A stretch of DNA of 64,000 nt. Origin: Botryllus schlosseri (Eukaryota). The position numbers were made by a program, and so were the translations under genes. The notes beneath the pieces are model-generated. The model worked only from the letters and a program-made list of their open reading frames with translations. It ran no database searches and had not been told where the DNA came from. The stretch covers positions 17,672,001 to 17,736,000 of the forward strand of contig CM119371.1 in assembly GCA_051294905.1 (NCBI GenBank). The letters are read 5' to 3'. Position 1 is the stretch's first letter. Every line of letters starts with the position of its first letter. Positions 39,743 to 51,654 of this stretch are shown piece after piece.

Positions 39743-41669
39743 CCCCTAAGCAACAAACCATTTTCACATGGTGGTCCGTCGTTTAGCCGAGTAAAAATAT
39801 TATTTTCCTTTGGAGATCTGGCGTTTACCCAGTGTAACAATGCATTTTCACTTGGAAAAATACTTTTACCTAGAGTAACTAATCATTTTCTCCTGGGTAA
39901 CAATCCCTTTTCGTCTGGAAACTATCATTTAACTGAGTACCAATACCGTTTTCACTTGGAAATACATTTTTTCCCTGGGTAACAATACCATTTTCGTTTT
40001 GAAAACTGACAACCACACCGGCCAATTTGATATTTTTGTATATTGTTACAACGAACAGTGACGGAAATATACACAGACTACCGGTTTCAGAGTATACCCA
40101 TCGGCCGTATCACATCAATATCATCGGTTAACCACATACAATATGCTCTTGTACACCGAAATGCACGCTTTGGAAAATTGGACAATAGGCTTCGATAGTT
40201 CTGTGATTTCCGGGTTCGTGCTTTGGATTTTCCAGAGTCAAAATGTCTGAATAAAACACCTCCTCGACGATGGTTGGTATGTGGATAACGGGGTTCGGAA
40301 AACGGTTGGATTTATGTCACCCATCGCGATAACAATTCCTGGTCGAGTTTTCTCCCACATGTTTACTATATTGTGTCTTTATTGGTCAATGTATGTCTCG
40401 ACATTCAGTTTGAAATCGGAAATGATAAAGTATGTAACCGGATCCGGATATCAACTCTGAATCGATAAACCAATGAACAATATTCAAAGTAAACATGTTA
40501 CACCCTGTGTTTCCACGAAAAAATACCATCCAGACATACGTCGCGCTTGTTTGCCCTACCAGTATACGCGTAAATGGAGGTGTGTGACATTGCATGCAAT
40601 GTGTTGGTATACAAACATCGATCCACAGACATTATCATAGCCGGTAGTTTTGATGTAGATCGAATGTCACCTGATAACAATGTCATACCAATAAGCCACA
40701 TTGCAATGACTCTGAGTTAATCTGAAGCGCGACATACAGACACACAAACATCGAACCGTAACATGGGTTATTCGCACAACGGTGAAAGTGAATTATACAG
40801 CATATATCAATAGAGCGTTCACAGTCAAATATGCGAACCATGCACAATCATATACCCAGATTTTTGTTGGATATGTACGAAACCGATAAATCGATACATT
40901 TCTTTTCCTTTGACGTCAATAATACAAAAGTCATTCCAATTCATCGCTCGAATGTGAGGTTCTTCAGGTGTAAAATCCATGTCAAATAACACCAAAGTGT
41001 GCCTTCCGTGTTTTATTATTTCCACCGTCGCATCTTGTCTGTGTCGTAACACTATGGTGCAGGGACTTGAAAAACGGTACTTTGTAAAACGGATTGACAT
41101 GTTCTTCGATATGACCAACTGAATCGACGTCAATAGCCTTGTGGTGATGACAGTTTCAAAATGCTCCGATATGACGAGACCAACCCCGATCTCGCGTGCT
41201 GACGACCGTTTTTTGTAATGTTACCGGACGAACTGGACAAACCCTTACGGGGGGTGTGTTTTATGATTGCGTGTGAAATCACGAGGTAGTGTTCTATTGT
41301 GGTGTACGATTGCAGTCTTCACAGAAACACACCTTATTGGATCACAGTATCAGTCCGAGATTTTCAGAATCACTGTTCACGATATTTATCTGGAGTCGTT
41401 ATGTGGGAGTAGCGACATCCATTCGTCGTGACTGAAAGACTGATCCCAATCATTTCGAGCACCGTACTTCGATAGTTCACATTGGTCAAACGCTGTAGTC
41501 TCAGCAGAAAACTTCGGTGTCGACAACACGACGGATATCGACCGATGTATCCAATTGGTCTGGGTGATCTGTCTGGAGATAGGGTCATGACTATCTTGTG
41601 ATGTTACAACGCGATAACACCATCGAGTAAATCAGCGAACGGTGTCGAAATATCGATGTAATAGCGCGG

Positions 41670-44600
41670 ACTCAGAGTCATTGCAATGTGGCTTATTGGT
41701 ATGACATTGTTATCAGGTGACATTCGATCTACATCAAAACTACCGGCTATGATAATGTCTGTGGATCGATGTTTGTATACCAACACATTGCATGCAATGT
41801 CACACACCTCCATTTACGCGTATACTGGTAGGGCAAACAAGCGCGACGTATGTCTGGATGGTATTTTTTCGTGGAAACACAGGGTGTAACATGTTTACTT
41901 TGAATATTGTTCATTGGTTTATCGATTCAGAGTTGATATCCGGATCCGGTTACATACTTTATCATTTCCGATTTCAAACTGAATGTCGAGACATACATTG
42001 ACCAATAAAGACACAATATAGTAAACATGTGGGAGAAAACTCGACCAGGAATTGTTATCGCGATGGGTGACATAAATCCAACCGTTTTCCGAACCCCGTT
42101 ATCCACATACCAACCATCGTCGAGGAGGTGTTTTATTCAGACATTTTGACTCTGGAAAATCCAAAGCACGAACCCGGAAATCACAGAACTATCGAAGCCT
42201 ATTGTCCAATTTTCCAAAGCGTGCATTTCGGTGTACAAGAGCATATTGTATGTGGTTAACCGATGATATTGATGTGATACGGCCGATGGGTATACTCTGA
42301 AACCGGTAGTCTGTGTATATTTCCGTCACTGTTCGTTGTAACAATATACAAAAATATCAAATTGGCCGGTGTGGTTGTCAGTTTTCAAAACGAAAATGGT
42401 ATTGTTACCCAGGGAAAAAATGTATTTCCAAGTGAAAACGGTATTGGTACTCAGTTAAATGATAGTTTCCAGACGAAAAGGGATTGTTACCCAGGAGAAA
42501 ATGATTAGTTACTCTAGGTAAAAGTATTTTTCCAAGTGAAAATGCATTGTTACACTGGGTAAACGCCAGATCTCCAAAGGAAAATAATATTTTTACTCGG
42601 CTAAACGACGGACCACCATGTGAAAATGGTTTGTTGCTTAGGGGAAAAGGTTTGTTAACCAGAGAAAAAATATATTTCCAAGTGAAAAAAGGTTTGTTAG
42701 CCAGAGAAAAAATATATTTCCAAGTGAAAAAGGTTTGTTAACCGGAGAAAAAATATATTTCCAAGTGAAAAAGGTTTGTTACCCAGAGAAAAAATATATT
42801 TCCAAGTGAAAAAAGGTTTGTTAGCCAGAGAAAAAATATATTTCCAAGTGAAAAAGGTTTGTTACCCAGAGAAAAAATATATTTCCAAGTGAAAAAAGGT
42901 TTGTTAGCCAAGGAAAAAATATATTTACAAGTGAAAAAAGGTTAGTTAGCCAAGGAAAAAATATATTTACAAGTGAAAATGGTTTCTTACTCTGGGTAAA
43001 CGTCAGATCTCCAAAGGAAAATAATATGTTTAGTCAGGTAAACGATGGACTGACAAGTGAAAGTGGTAATTTTACATAGGTAAACGTCGTGGGTTCAGTG
43101 TCGTTGGTCTTGTTAAACGATATCGCTTGACGTTGGTATACTATTACGAGTGTGAAAAGGCTATGCACGTCTTGTGCAGAGTATCGCGATAGTGAACATA
43201 TTTTTGGTGTGACGAAACAAGATCGTTGTTTACATGTTAATGCATTTCGATTACCGAGTAGCTGCACAACAGAGAGGAGTCTACAGTTAGTTCGTGCTGT
43301 ATGTCCGACGAAAACCACAACGAAGACCACTTATGAATCGATTCGAAACATTTCAACCCTTCTTACATTTAGTCAATTCGAGTCAATTGTAATACGGATC
43401 CTCCAAGTATGACACACACACCTACACACTAATATCGTAAACACTCAACTTGATGACATTGATATAGTGTTAATAAAAAACAATTATAAAATATTTGTAA
43501 AACTAAATCAGAATTCATGTCGTAGCAGGTTTCTTGAACTCGTGCTTGATGAAAACGATTGGTGACAAGTATGCGTTTGTGTTTGAGTGAAAAATAATTA
43601 TTTAGACTAGTGGCGGTTTGTGACCAACGAATGTAAATCGATCATGATATTACAATATATGCTTTCGTCAACATACCGACTTGGTGTAGAAACACTTTCA
43701 CGTTTTTTGAATAACTGGATTCTCGAGACTTGCTACTTGTACGATGTATCGTTGGTGGGTAAACTATAACGACCAATTTGTATGATAGTATGTTTTAGTT
43801 GTATTGTTGTGAGGATAACCATGTGATGACTCAGCGCTTTTCGTTAGCAAAGTAGGCCGATTTGTGTGTAAGATGTAAGCACCGTAACTAGAAAACATAT
43901 GTACTCTGTTGTTGGAGTAGCTGATTTATTGTTATGACATGGACATATCCTGAAGCCTTGGTTTGTTGTCTTACGAAAGATGAGGCGACCTCGGTGTCGT
44001 AAATTGTGTAAACTAAACTCGTATGGATACCACAACTGTGCTGGACTTGCACATGGTATTCGCATACTGTACACATACAAACTTTTGTGTAAACAACTCT
44101 GGTGTTTCTGTTAATACTAGTTCTGTGTTGAACTACTTGATTATTACGATACATGAACAACCATTCAGACAATAAAGTTCTTGAGGTATCGAAACAGTTT
44201 GAAAGCACCACCAATCATTGTACAGGTTTGTAGCATGAGCGAATATTTTCGTGTAACATGAATATATTTCATATGTCTTCGGTAAGAAATGGGTTATGTG
44301 GGATAATAATTAGTATCGTAAAACTTGTTGTGTTTGATTGCATACTTTTTTAACATTGTTTGTTGTTGAAAGACGGGTGAGTTTACATTTAAATATAGTA
44401 AGCAGAGCAACTCAAGTAATAAATTTTACTCGTTTGAAAATCGACAACGGAAAAAATACCGATGAATGGAGTAACAGTAATAATATGTGTGGTATCTTAT
44501 TTTTAGTGATATGCAACCAATCTTCTAAATCTTCTAATTTATCATGTCATAGAAAAGCCGATTGTTATGAATTCAAAACAAAAGTACTTCGATTATCAGG

Positions 44601-47600
44601 ACAAAGGGAATTGAGATCAACGCAGTATTTCGAAGTGGTATGTTCAGCAATCACTAAATGACAAAAATATCAAACTGTGCATACAACTCGGTTAGTTAAA
44701 CGATACATTTACAAGTTTACCGAAATCTTGATTTATTAATGACAGCTTGATGATGTAAAGCTCAACCACTCCATTGTGTATATTACAAAGTATTTGACAC
44801 AGACAAAATATTGAACGAAGGCCCACCACTTGGTTTCATTACAAGGTGAGTGAAAATTGTTTTCTGTTGGTCAGGTATGATTTGCATTTAGTAAAACGAT
44901 CCACGCCGATTAAGTGACGCTGTTTCATATCCGATGAGTGAGTGAAATTTCCTTATGGTTTGATTTAGTGGGTTAATTACCTGCGATTCAATCACATACA
45001 AGTAAGATCTTTTATGGGTTGAGTATTGTGACGACCTTTACTTTGACGAATGACAATGGGGAAAATTTCGATTGCATTGTCGGTGTATGTGTTGGACCAG
45101 TGATTCTAGTACACCTAACTATGGGATACATTTGGTAAACATCGTACAAATTGTTTCGTTGTGATGGTAACGACTTTCAGTGGTTTGGTTTCATGTCGGG
45201 AATTATTATTTGGAGGTTCAAAAACAATCAATACTACAAATGAACAACAATGTAAAACACGTTAAGTGAATTACAGTGTAGCAAGTACTTTTTTGATATT
45301 ACGAGTGTTGGGTACTAGACACTTCTAATTGAATTGGATGCATCTAACAAACATATCACAATTTACTTTTACAATAATCAAAGTCTTAGAGTGTATAACC
45401 TCGCGATATTTTACATTTAGCATGCACAATGGGGAGTTACTGAAATGATTAAGAATTGATCGCTAGCTTCGAACGGTACTCGATACTCAAAGTGATATTT
45501 TCACACTCTGTAAAGTGCATATGTTTCAATTCTCTGTCGCAAATTCCGACAGTAACGACATTGATGTTAAATCCTCACCCGTGGTTATTGTAAGTGAATC
45601 CTAAACATCGCAACAGTCGGCATGGAAATCGAACGCGTGGGTACTTTTAGATAGGCGACACTAACAAGTTTATTACACCCGTGAAATACTCTGAAACGTC
45701 GATTCGTGATTGTGTTAGCTATATTCATCTTCCATATCTGTGGACACAAAGATATCTTGACTTTGGTTACAACTCGCTCGAAACGAATTGTCGCGGGTAA
45801 TCTAGAAAAGCACAAGTCGAAGACGAATGATTTGATTTCAATAAACTAAAAAAAAAAAATTCCTTTTGTTTTGATGCTGGATTTAATACTATTTGTATGA
45901 CTATACCGAATCCGAATCCGAAATCTCAATGTTACTTTAGTAGAAAAATTGGATGACTCGCATTTTGATATTGATAGATGTGTAGAGTAATATGACTAGT
46001 TTATAAAATCTCGGTAATGTTTTTTTTTGTCATGTCTGTGATCAACAAATATGTGATCAAGTCTTACCATTCGATATTAACTTTCGCAGTCGGTGTAATT
46101 TGTTGAAGTGACAATACCGACGAGTTCAATAATATTCTCCATCGATGCATTCGAATAATCCGTCAGCTGCAAGCGGATTTAAAACTTGATGCTGTTTCGC
46201 GGTTAACTCAAGTCAGTAGTCGTGTTTGTGTTGATTTCAGGAATGATCATGACGAGTTGCCTGGGTAGATTAGTTAATGTGGTTGTAACTACGACCGTAC
46301 AGAGTTGCTGACACCCCAATATCTTTTACGCTGTAATATACGGATTTAATTGTGATAAATTAATTCTCAGTTATTGTTCAGACATTCAAATCTCGTATAC
46401 TCAAAATATAATATGTCCAAGTCAAATCGTATATGCACCGATTAGTAAATACTTTGTCTTCAGAATAGTAACAACCTTTACAATCGAATAAAAAAAAGAC
46501 CGATCATACGAATACATCCAGGATGAATTAATTCAAATTTGTGAGTTGTAGTGATATAATCAAGTAAGTGAAGCTAGATTTTTAACAATTGTTAATGTTG
46601 TGAATAATTCTTTTGAGTATGGTAAGATGTTAAAATATCTCTTTGACAAACGGAAAGCGGGGTCATGAATAGAGTTGTAATGTTACATTACTAGTTTCAA
46701 AGTATAATCTTGAAATGTGGCTGGATCAAAGTTGGTAGTCATGTTTGTCAATCCTATTTCAATTCACACTATGGTAAAGTCCAAATATTTCGTTTTGGAT
46801 TATCTGGATTTAACTTTAGTACACCCCGCGAATGGATTCCGACGCCGCACTATAACATTTTTGATGATAAGGACTCGATGATTTTCATGATAGAGTTGAC
46901 GAGTGTTAAGATGTGTGTTTTTGTTAAGAGTTTGATTTCGTGTTGATAAAGACAATAACTGTATAATGCACATACTTGTGATTCTTGATTCTTGTAGAAT
47001 TATAGTTGGTATTGATTCTATAAGTGTGAAAACAGCGGCGTGGAATGTGCGAATAATTCGATGTGGCTGAAAGTCGGTGTCAGTAATGGTCGAATCAAAA
47101 GATCACGAAAAGATTTCTCAAAATATTTAGAGTTGTACCGAATTAACACATTCAGATACGAATCAACTTGGTTTGTGTAGTAAGTTTCATTTCGAATTGA
47201 CAAACTAACACATTGATTGAATATTTTCATGGATCTTATCACGCAACTAAAGTCAGCGACTATTCGAGAGGTGTGAAACATATAGCGATCGCGGGCAAGT
47301 GACAAATTGTTGGTTTTCGAATCACTGTCTGCGACGGCTCTGGGACAAACTAATTACCGAAATATTACCTTGTGAGCGGACATGAGGGATTGTTATGTCT
47401 GAAGCATTATCCGGTGAGTGGTTGTTGGATTTTAAAATTATATCACACCCTTTTGAATAAGCGTTCACTTCACAGAGGATTAGGGTTAGAGCGGAAATAA
47501 GTGACAATTTGTCGCTATTCAAGTTACCGCGGTCTGTTATTCGTTACTTGTTAAATCTTACCAGCGAAATCAAGTTCTGTGACAAACTGATTACTAAAAT

Positions 47601-48498
47601 TTCACCGCGTGAGCGATCGGTATGGTTATGACACCAAGTCGTGAAAGATGGTTATGTCCGAGATATTATCTTGTCAGTGATCGCGGGGTTTTGCAAATAT
47701 TTCACACCTTTTTGAATAAGCGTTAACTTCACAAAGGATTACGGCTAGAATAGAAATAAGTGACAATTTGTTGGTATCCAAGTCTCGCCGGTGGTGTATC
47801 TGTTATTCGACACTTATTACACTTACCATGAAATTAGAGTGAGAACATAAAGCATCAAGTTGTTGTTTTCGAATTTTGATGCCGAGGTGATAAATTTACG
47901 CATTCAATTATAATTCAACTTCGGTTGTGTATTGAGTGATAGATCGATATGCCGGAAGTGGTATCTTGTGAGCGATCGTAGGATTTTACAAATATTTCAC
48001 ATCTTTTTGAAGTGTTAGTTTGCGAACGCAGTTATTGTTGATATTCGAATCGCCGTCTGTCGCACGCACTGCGTAAATCCTCTTGCAAGCCACGTTTCCG
48101 TTTGCGCGGTTATTGTTGGTGACTATTCAACACCGCGCGAGAGATGCCTGAAAGTACGAATCACGACCGCACCCATAAGACGCAATAGCCGCATGCGACC
48201 GCACCCATAAGAACACATGGTGAATCAGCAGAGACCCTGTAAGAATACATGAAATACGACTCACCAACACCGCCTATACCTGAAAATACGAGTCACCAAC
48301 ACGAGTTTTCAATACGAGTCATCGCCGCAGCCTATACCCGAAAGTACGAGTCACCGCCGCGCCCATAAGAACCCATTACGAGTCACGAGCGAGAGGGGGG
48401 TCTGAAAGTACGAGTCACCAACACGAGTTTTCAATACGAGTCACCAGCGGGGCCCATAAGAACCCCATGGCGCATCACGACCGATCCTATATACTACT
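41670..48498 (-). repeat. Right inverted arm (6829 bp)
   Basis: Reverse complement of 33973-40717; 84 bp longer (83 bp in the minisatellite, 1 bp in a homopolymer near 45850). Confidence 0.96.
42645..42980 (-). repeat. 41-42 bp minisatellite, 8 units (right arm)
   Basis: Reverse complement of the 39490-39742 array with two additional units. Confidence 0.92.
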
Positions 48499-51485
48499 TG
48501 CGTCGCAACTTCCTCATTCTGCAAATTTACTCCGTCCTCGTCAGAGTGGGTTGACCTCAAGCCAATGAGATATCCGAAGTGGGGCAGTGGTGTTCTCGCG
48601 TCTGGCCAGAAGATATTCGCGATCGGCGGCTGCACATTGCGGAAGAAATTGACAAATGTAGAGTGTTATGATGTCACGTCGTCTCAGTGGACTTCACTGT
48701 CGCATATGAATAATTGTCATGGTTGGAATACTGCCATGCGCGTTGGCAGCTGGATATTTTCCGTACCAGTGTTTAAGTCTATGTCTTCTGATCCAATTGA
48801 GAAGTATGATTTACTAAACGACACATGGCAGAGTAACGAATTACGTGTAGATCAATGTAGAACTTACGTGGCCATGCTCGTATCGCAGTAGACTTTGCAG
48901 TTCTTTAATAACATCAACAAATATTGATGATGCATTTTAGTCCTTTCTTGTTGTTTTGTGAGTTTAACAGTCCGTGATCATGATCACCATACCCGTATAC
49001 TAGTGCTTCGTGTTACTAGCCTTCGGTAAATCTGTCTGTGTATTCAATTATAGGCTCCCTAACCAATTTTTAAGGAAATTATGACCTCGTTACTGATGCG
49101 TTCAACCCAATACGCGTGTAACCCATCTTATTCCGGGTCGTAACAGATCGTTTACCACACTTTCTATACGATAAACGTCGTTTTTACACGGAGGTAAACC
49201 GACGACCTGCGAGAAATGCATTTTGTTATTCTCTCCACGTAGCATGAAAGCAGGCATTGAGGTGTCCTCCCAAGGCCACTGCGAGCGTAAGTTAAGTCAA
49301 TCTCACTGTTTGGAGTGCTAATGTCGCACAGTCACCATAATGATCACTTGCTTATGTGTAGAAAGCAGAAATTGACGCCTGGATTATTTGAACGATCTCA
49401 TGGTTCTGGCAAGCTTACTAAAGCGGGAAGCCACTGTCAAGTTGGATATTAAATTGATTGATGTTCGTTCTCTTGTTAGCGTTGATATTCGTTGGTACGT
49501 GCTTTCATGCTTTAATATTTTCGTTATCATCGAGGGTGATCATAAATAGACATGGGGAACAACTGATTTTGACCTGGATGCGTTCAACAAAATGCGCGTG
49601 AAACACATCCTATTCCGGGGCCGTAACCGATCGTTTACCGTCCCTTCTATATGATAAACGTAGTTTTTCCTCATACGTAACCCGATGACCTGAGAAAACG
49701 CAGCGGTAACGTGCCCTTTCGTTATCATTTCAACGTCACATGACAGCGTATGTAGGTATTGGGGTGTGGTGCCCGTCAATACAGTGTTGAACGCGATACA
49801 TAAGGACCCCCACTGTGTGCTATACGTTTAAATGAATATCTTTACTCATTACCGCCACCTAGTGCGGAGTGGTAAAGTGGGTGCACAACTGAAGTAGACG
49901 ATATAAACTGGTGCTTATTATTATTATTAATTGATAAAAATCGTGTTTAGCTGCTTATACAATGAAAGTCTTTTGCACCATAAACTGGTAATCGATTGTG
50001 ATTACATAGGAGGAAAGAAAAATAAGTGGACATAAATTCCGTTGTAATTAACAATGCCTCTCGTATAGTTGAGCAATGAACAGCAGTGAACCTTTTCTCT
50101 ACGACCAACTTGATACACATATTTCAAGTTACCAGACTTGCACAAACTACTGGATTTTCGGAATGTGTGACTAGAATTAGAATTTAAAATAAAACTAATG
50201 AACCCTTCAAATTTAGCGATAAACTAACCTAAACACAACTATGACACCCGATAATACGAATTACTGAAGTGTAAATGCACATTTATATAAATACATGTAA
50301 CCAGGGGGTATGTGTATTAGACCCCTAATAGCTGATAAGGGTTTTCATAAATTTTGTAAAGTACCATAAAACATTATGAATAAAATAGTATTTACGGTGA
50401 CCAATTCTAATAATTATTTATTATAGTGGTGCCCACCGTAAATATTATTTTATGCAAGTCCAAATTTTTCGACGGCAATAACTCCGCTTCTAATGGTCGA
50501 AATTCAACCAAATTTGGTGAACATCGTTTCTATAGACAACCTAACACTTTGATGGGATGAACAGAAAATTTTCGAATTTTGGGGTATTTATTTTTATATA
50601 ATAAATAGAAACTTTCTTCTCCTGTAGCAATGCGGCTACTGGTTCGCTGGCGCTCACATTGGGAACAACTGCAGTAGGTCAACAACATATTGAGCAATGG
50701 TTCAATAAAGGTACTTGGCGGAGAAAAGATGTATGAGAAAGAATTGTTCCATACCAGCATTCGATCAATAGCTTTCGAAGATACCCGCTTCCGCTTCCGC
50801 CTGCGATATCAGGAACATCAGTTTTGGGATAATATGTTAATAGGTCTGTGTATATTGATCTTGATAAATTTTTTGGCTCACTTGAGGTATAAGAAGAACA
50901 TTTAATCACATTACAAATATTTGTGGAATACAATATACATGTGTATATCACTTTTTAGATCCCAGGACGTGACTGTCGTGTAGTCTATAATGAAGAGTAG
51001 CTTCCGGAATATCGCGTAATAAGATTAAATACGCGCATAAATGTGGTGTCATATTATCATTATCTTCCATCTTCCTTGATACACAAAAACAATATTTGTA
51101 GTGTGTTTGCTACAGGTTGTGATATTGAACACCAAACATTTACACTCCGACATCTGTTCCTTCCTATTCCAATTATGAGTAAAAATGTTTGCAAGTTGTT
51201 CGTTTCCTATGTGAAACTATCAAAATATAGATATAGCAAAGAAGAGTCTTAAGTCTGATAATGAGTTAAGAATCCCTTATTGGAGAAGTGCCACCACTTG
51301 TGCAGAAGTGCTGTTTCTGGTGATTGGCGGTACGATATAGAATATCACTCGAAATTGAATTTTCGTTTGTTGTATATTTTCAAATGCTATGAGTCGCTAT
51401 GACACCATCAATCCGGAAAATGAGGGAGACTTTCGAGAACATTTCGAAATTGTAACTGGGTTTAGTGAAGTCAGTTAGGTCTATC

Positions 51486-51493
51486 TATATAAA
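51486..51493 (+). promoter_or_regulatory. Candidate TATA box of the C-type lectin-like gene
   Basis: TATATAAA about 165 bp upstream of the ATG at 51655. Confidence 0.4.
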
Positions 51494-51654
51494 AAATTTG
51501 TGGCCGCGGTCTCCATTGTGATCGACGATTATATCGAACATTTTCTTCTGAATAATACGGATGTATTTTATAATTCATATCTATTCCCGCTTTTCACAAG
51601 AGGAAACGAGGTTGCATATTTAAGTTGAGAAGATACCAACGAATAGCCACTACG

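Larger units (their letters stand above)
33973..40717 (+). repeat. Left inverted arm (6745 bp)
   Basis: Reverse complement of 41670-48498; complementarity ends at ...GACTCTGAGT (40717). Confidence 0.96.
33973..48498. mobile_element. Non-autonomous Maverick/Polinton-like element forming a 14.5 kb palindrome
   Basis: Termini AGTAGTATATAGGATCGG ... CCGATCCTATATACTACT. 6-bp TSD TGCGTC (33967-33972, 48499-48504) inside the Kelch gene. Arms 33973-40717 and 41670-48498 are reverse complements, shown by mirrored ORF pairs throughout the track. No long ORF. Confidence 0.85.
24398..48891 (+). pseudogene. BTB-BACK-Kelch copy 3, pseudogene in three pieces (24398-25523, 33848-33972, 48499-48891)
   Basis: Colinear with copies 1 and 2. 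First ATG changed to ATA, +2 frameshift near 25205, -1 frameshift near 25421. Interrupted by insertions 25524-33847 and 33973-48498, each with its own TSD. Confidence 0.93.

Noticed and set aside
39490..39990. CRISPR-like array
   Set aside because: Units are contiguous with no unique spacers, no cas genes, and the context is eukaryotic; this is a minisatellite.
34949..47522. Mirrored short ORF pairs in the arms as real genes
   Set aside because: All are 108 aa or less, many start at TTG/GTG, none has a recognisable domain; pairing simply reflects the inverted repeat.
33973..48498. Palindrome as a sequencing/assembly fold-back artefact
   Set aside because: Both ends land in contiguous Kelch sequence with a 6-bp TSD, there is a unique 952-bp spacer, and the arms differ by SNPs and minisatellite units. 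Still worth confirming with reads.
49095..49800. Diverged ~120-bp direct repeats (GATGCGTTCAAC...) at ~49095 and ~49578
   Set aside because: Likely old transposon fragments; no convincing TIR pair or TSD.
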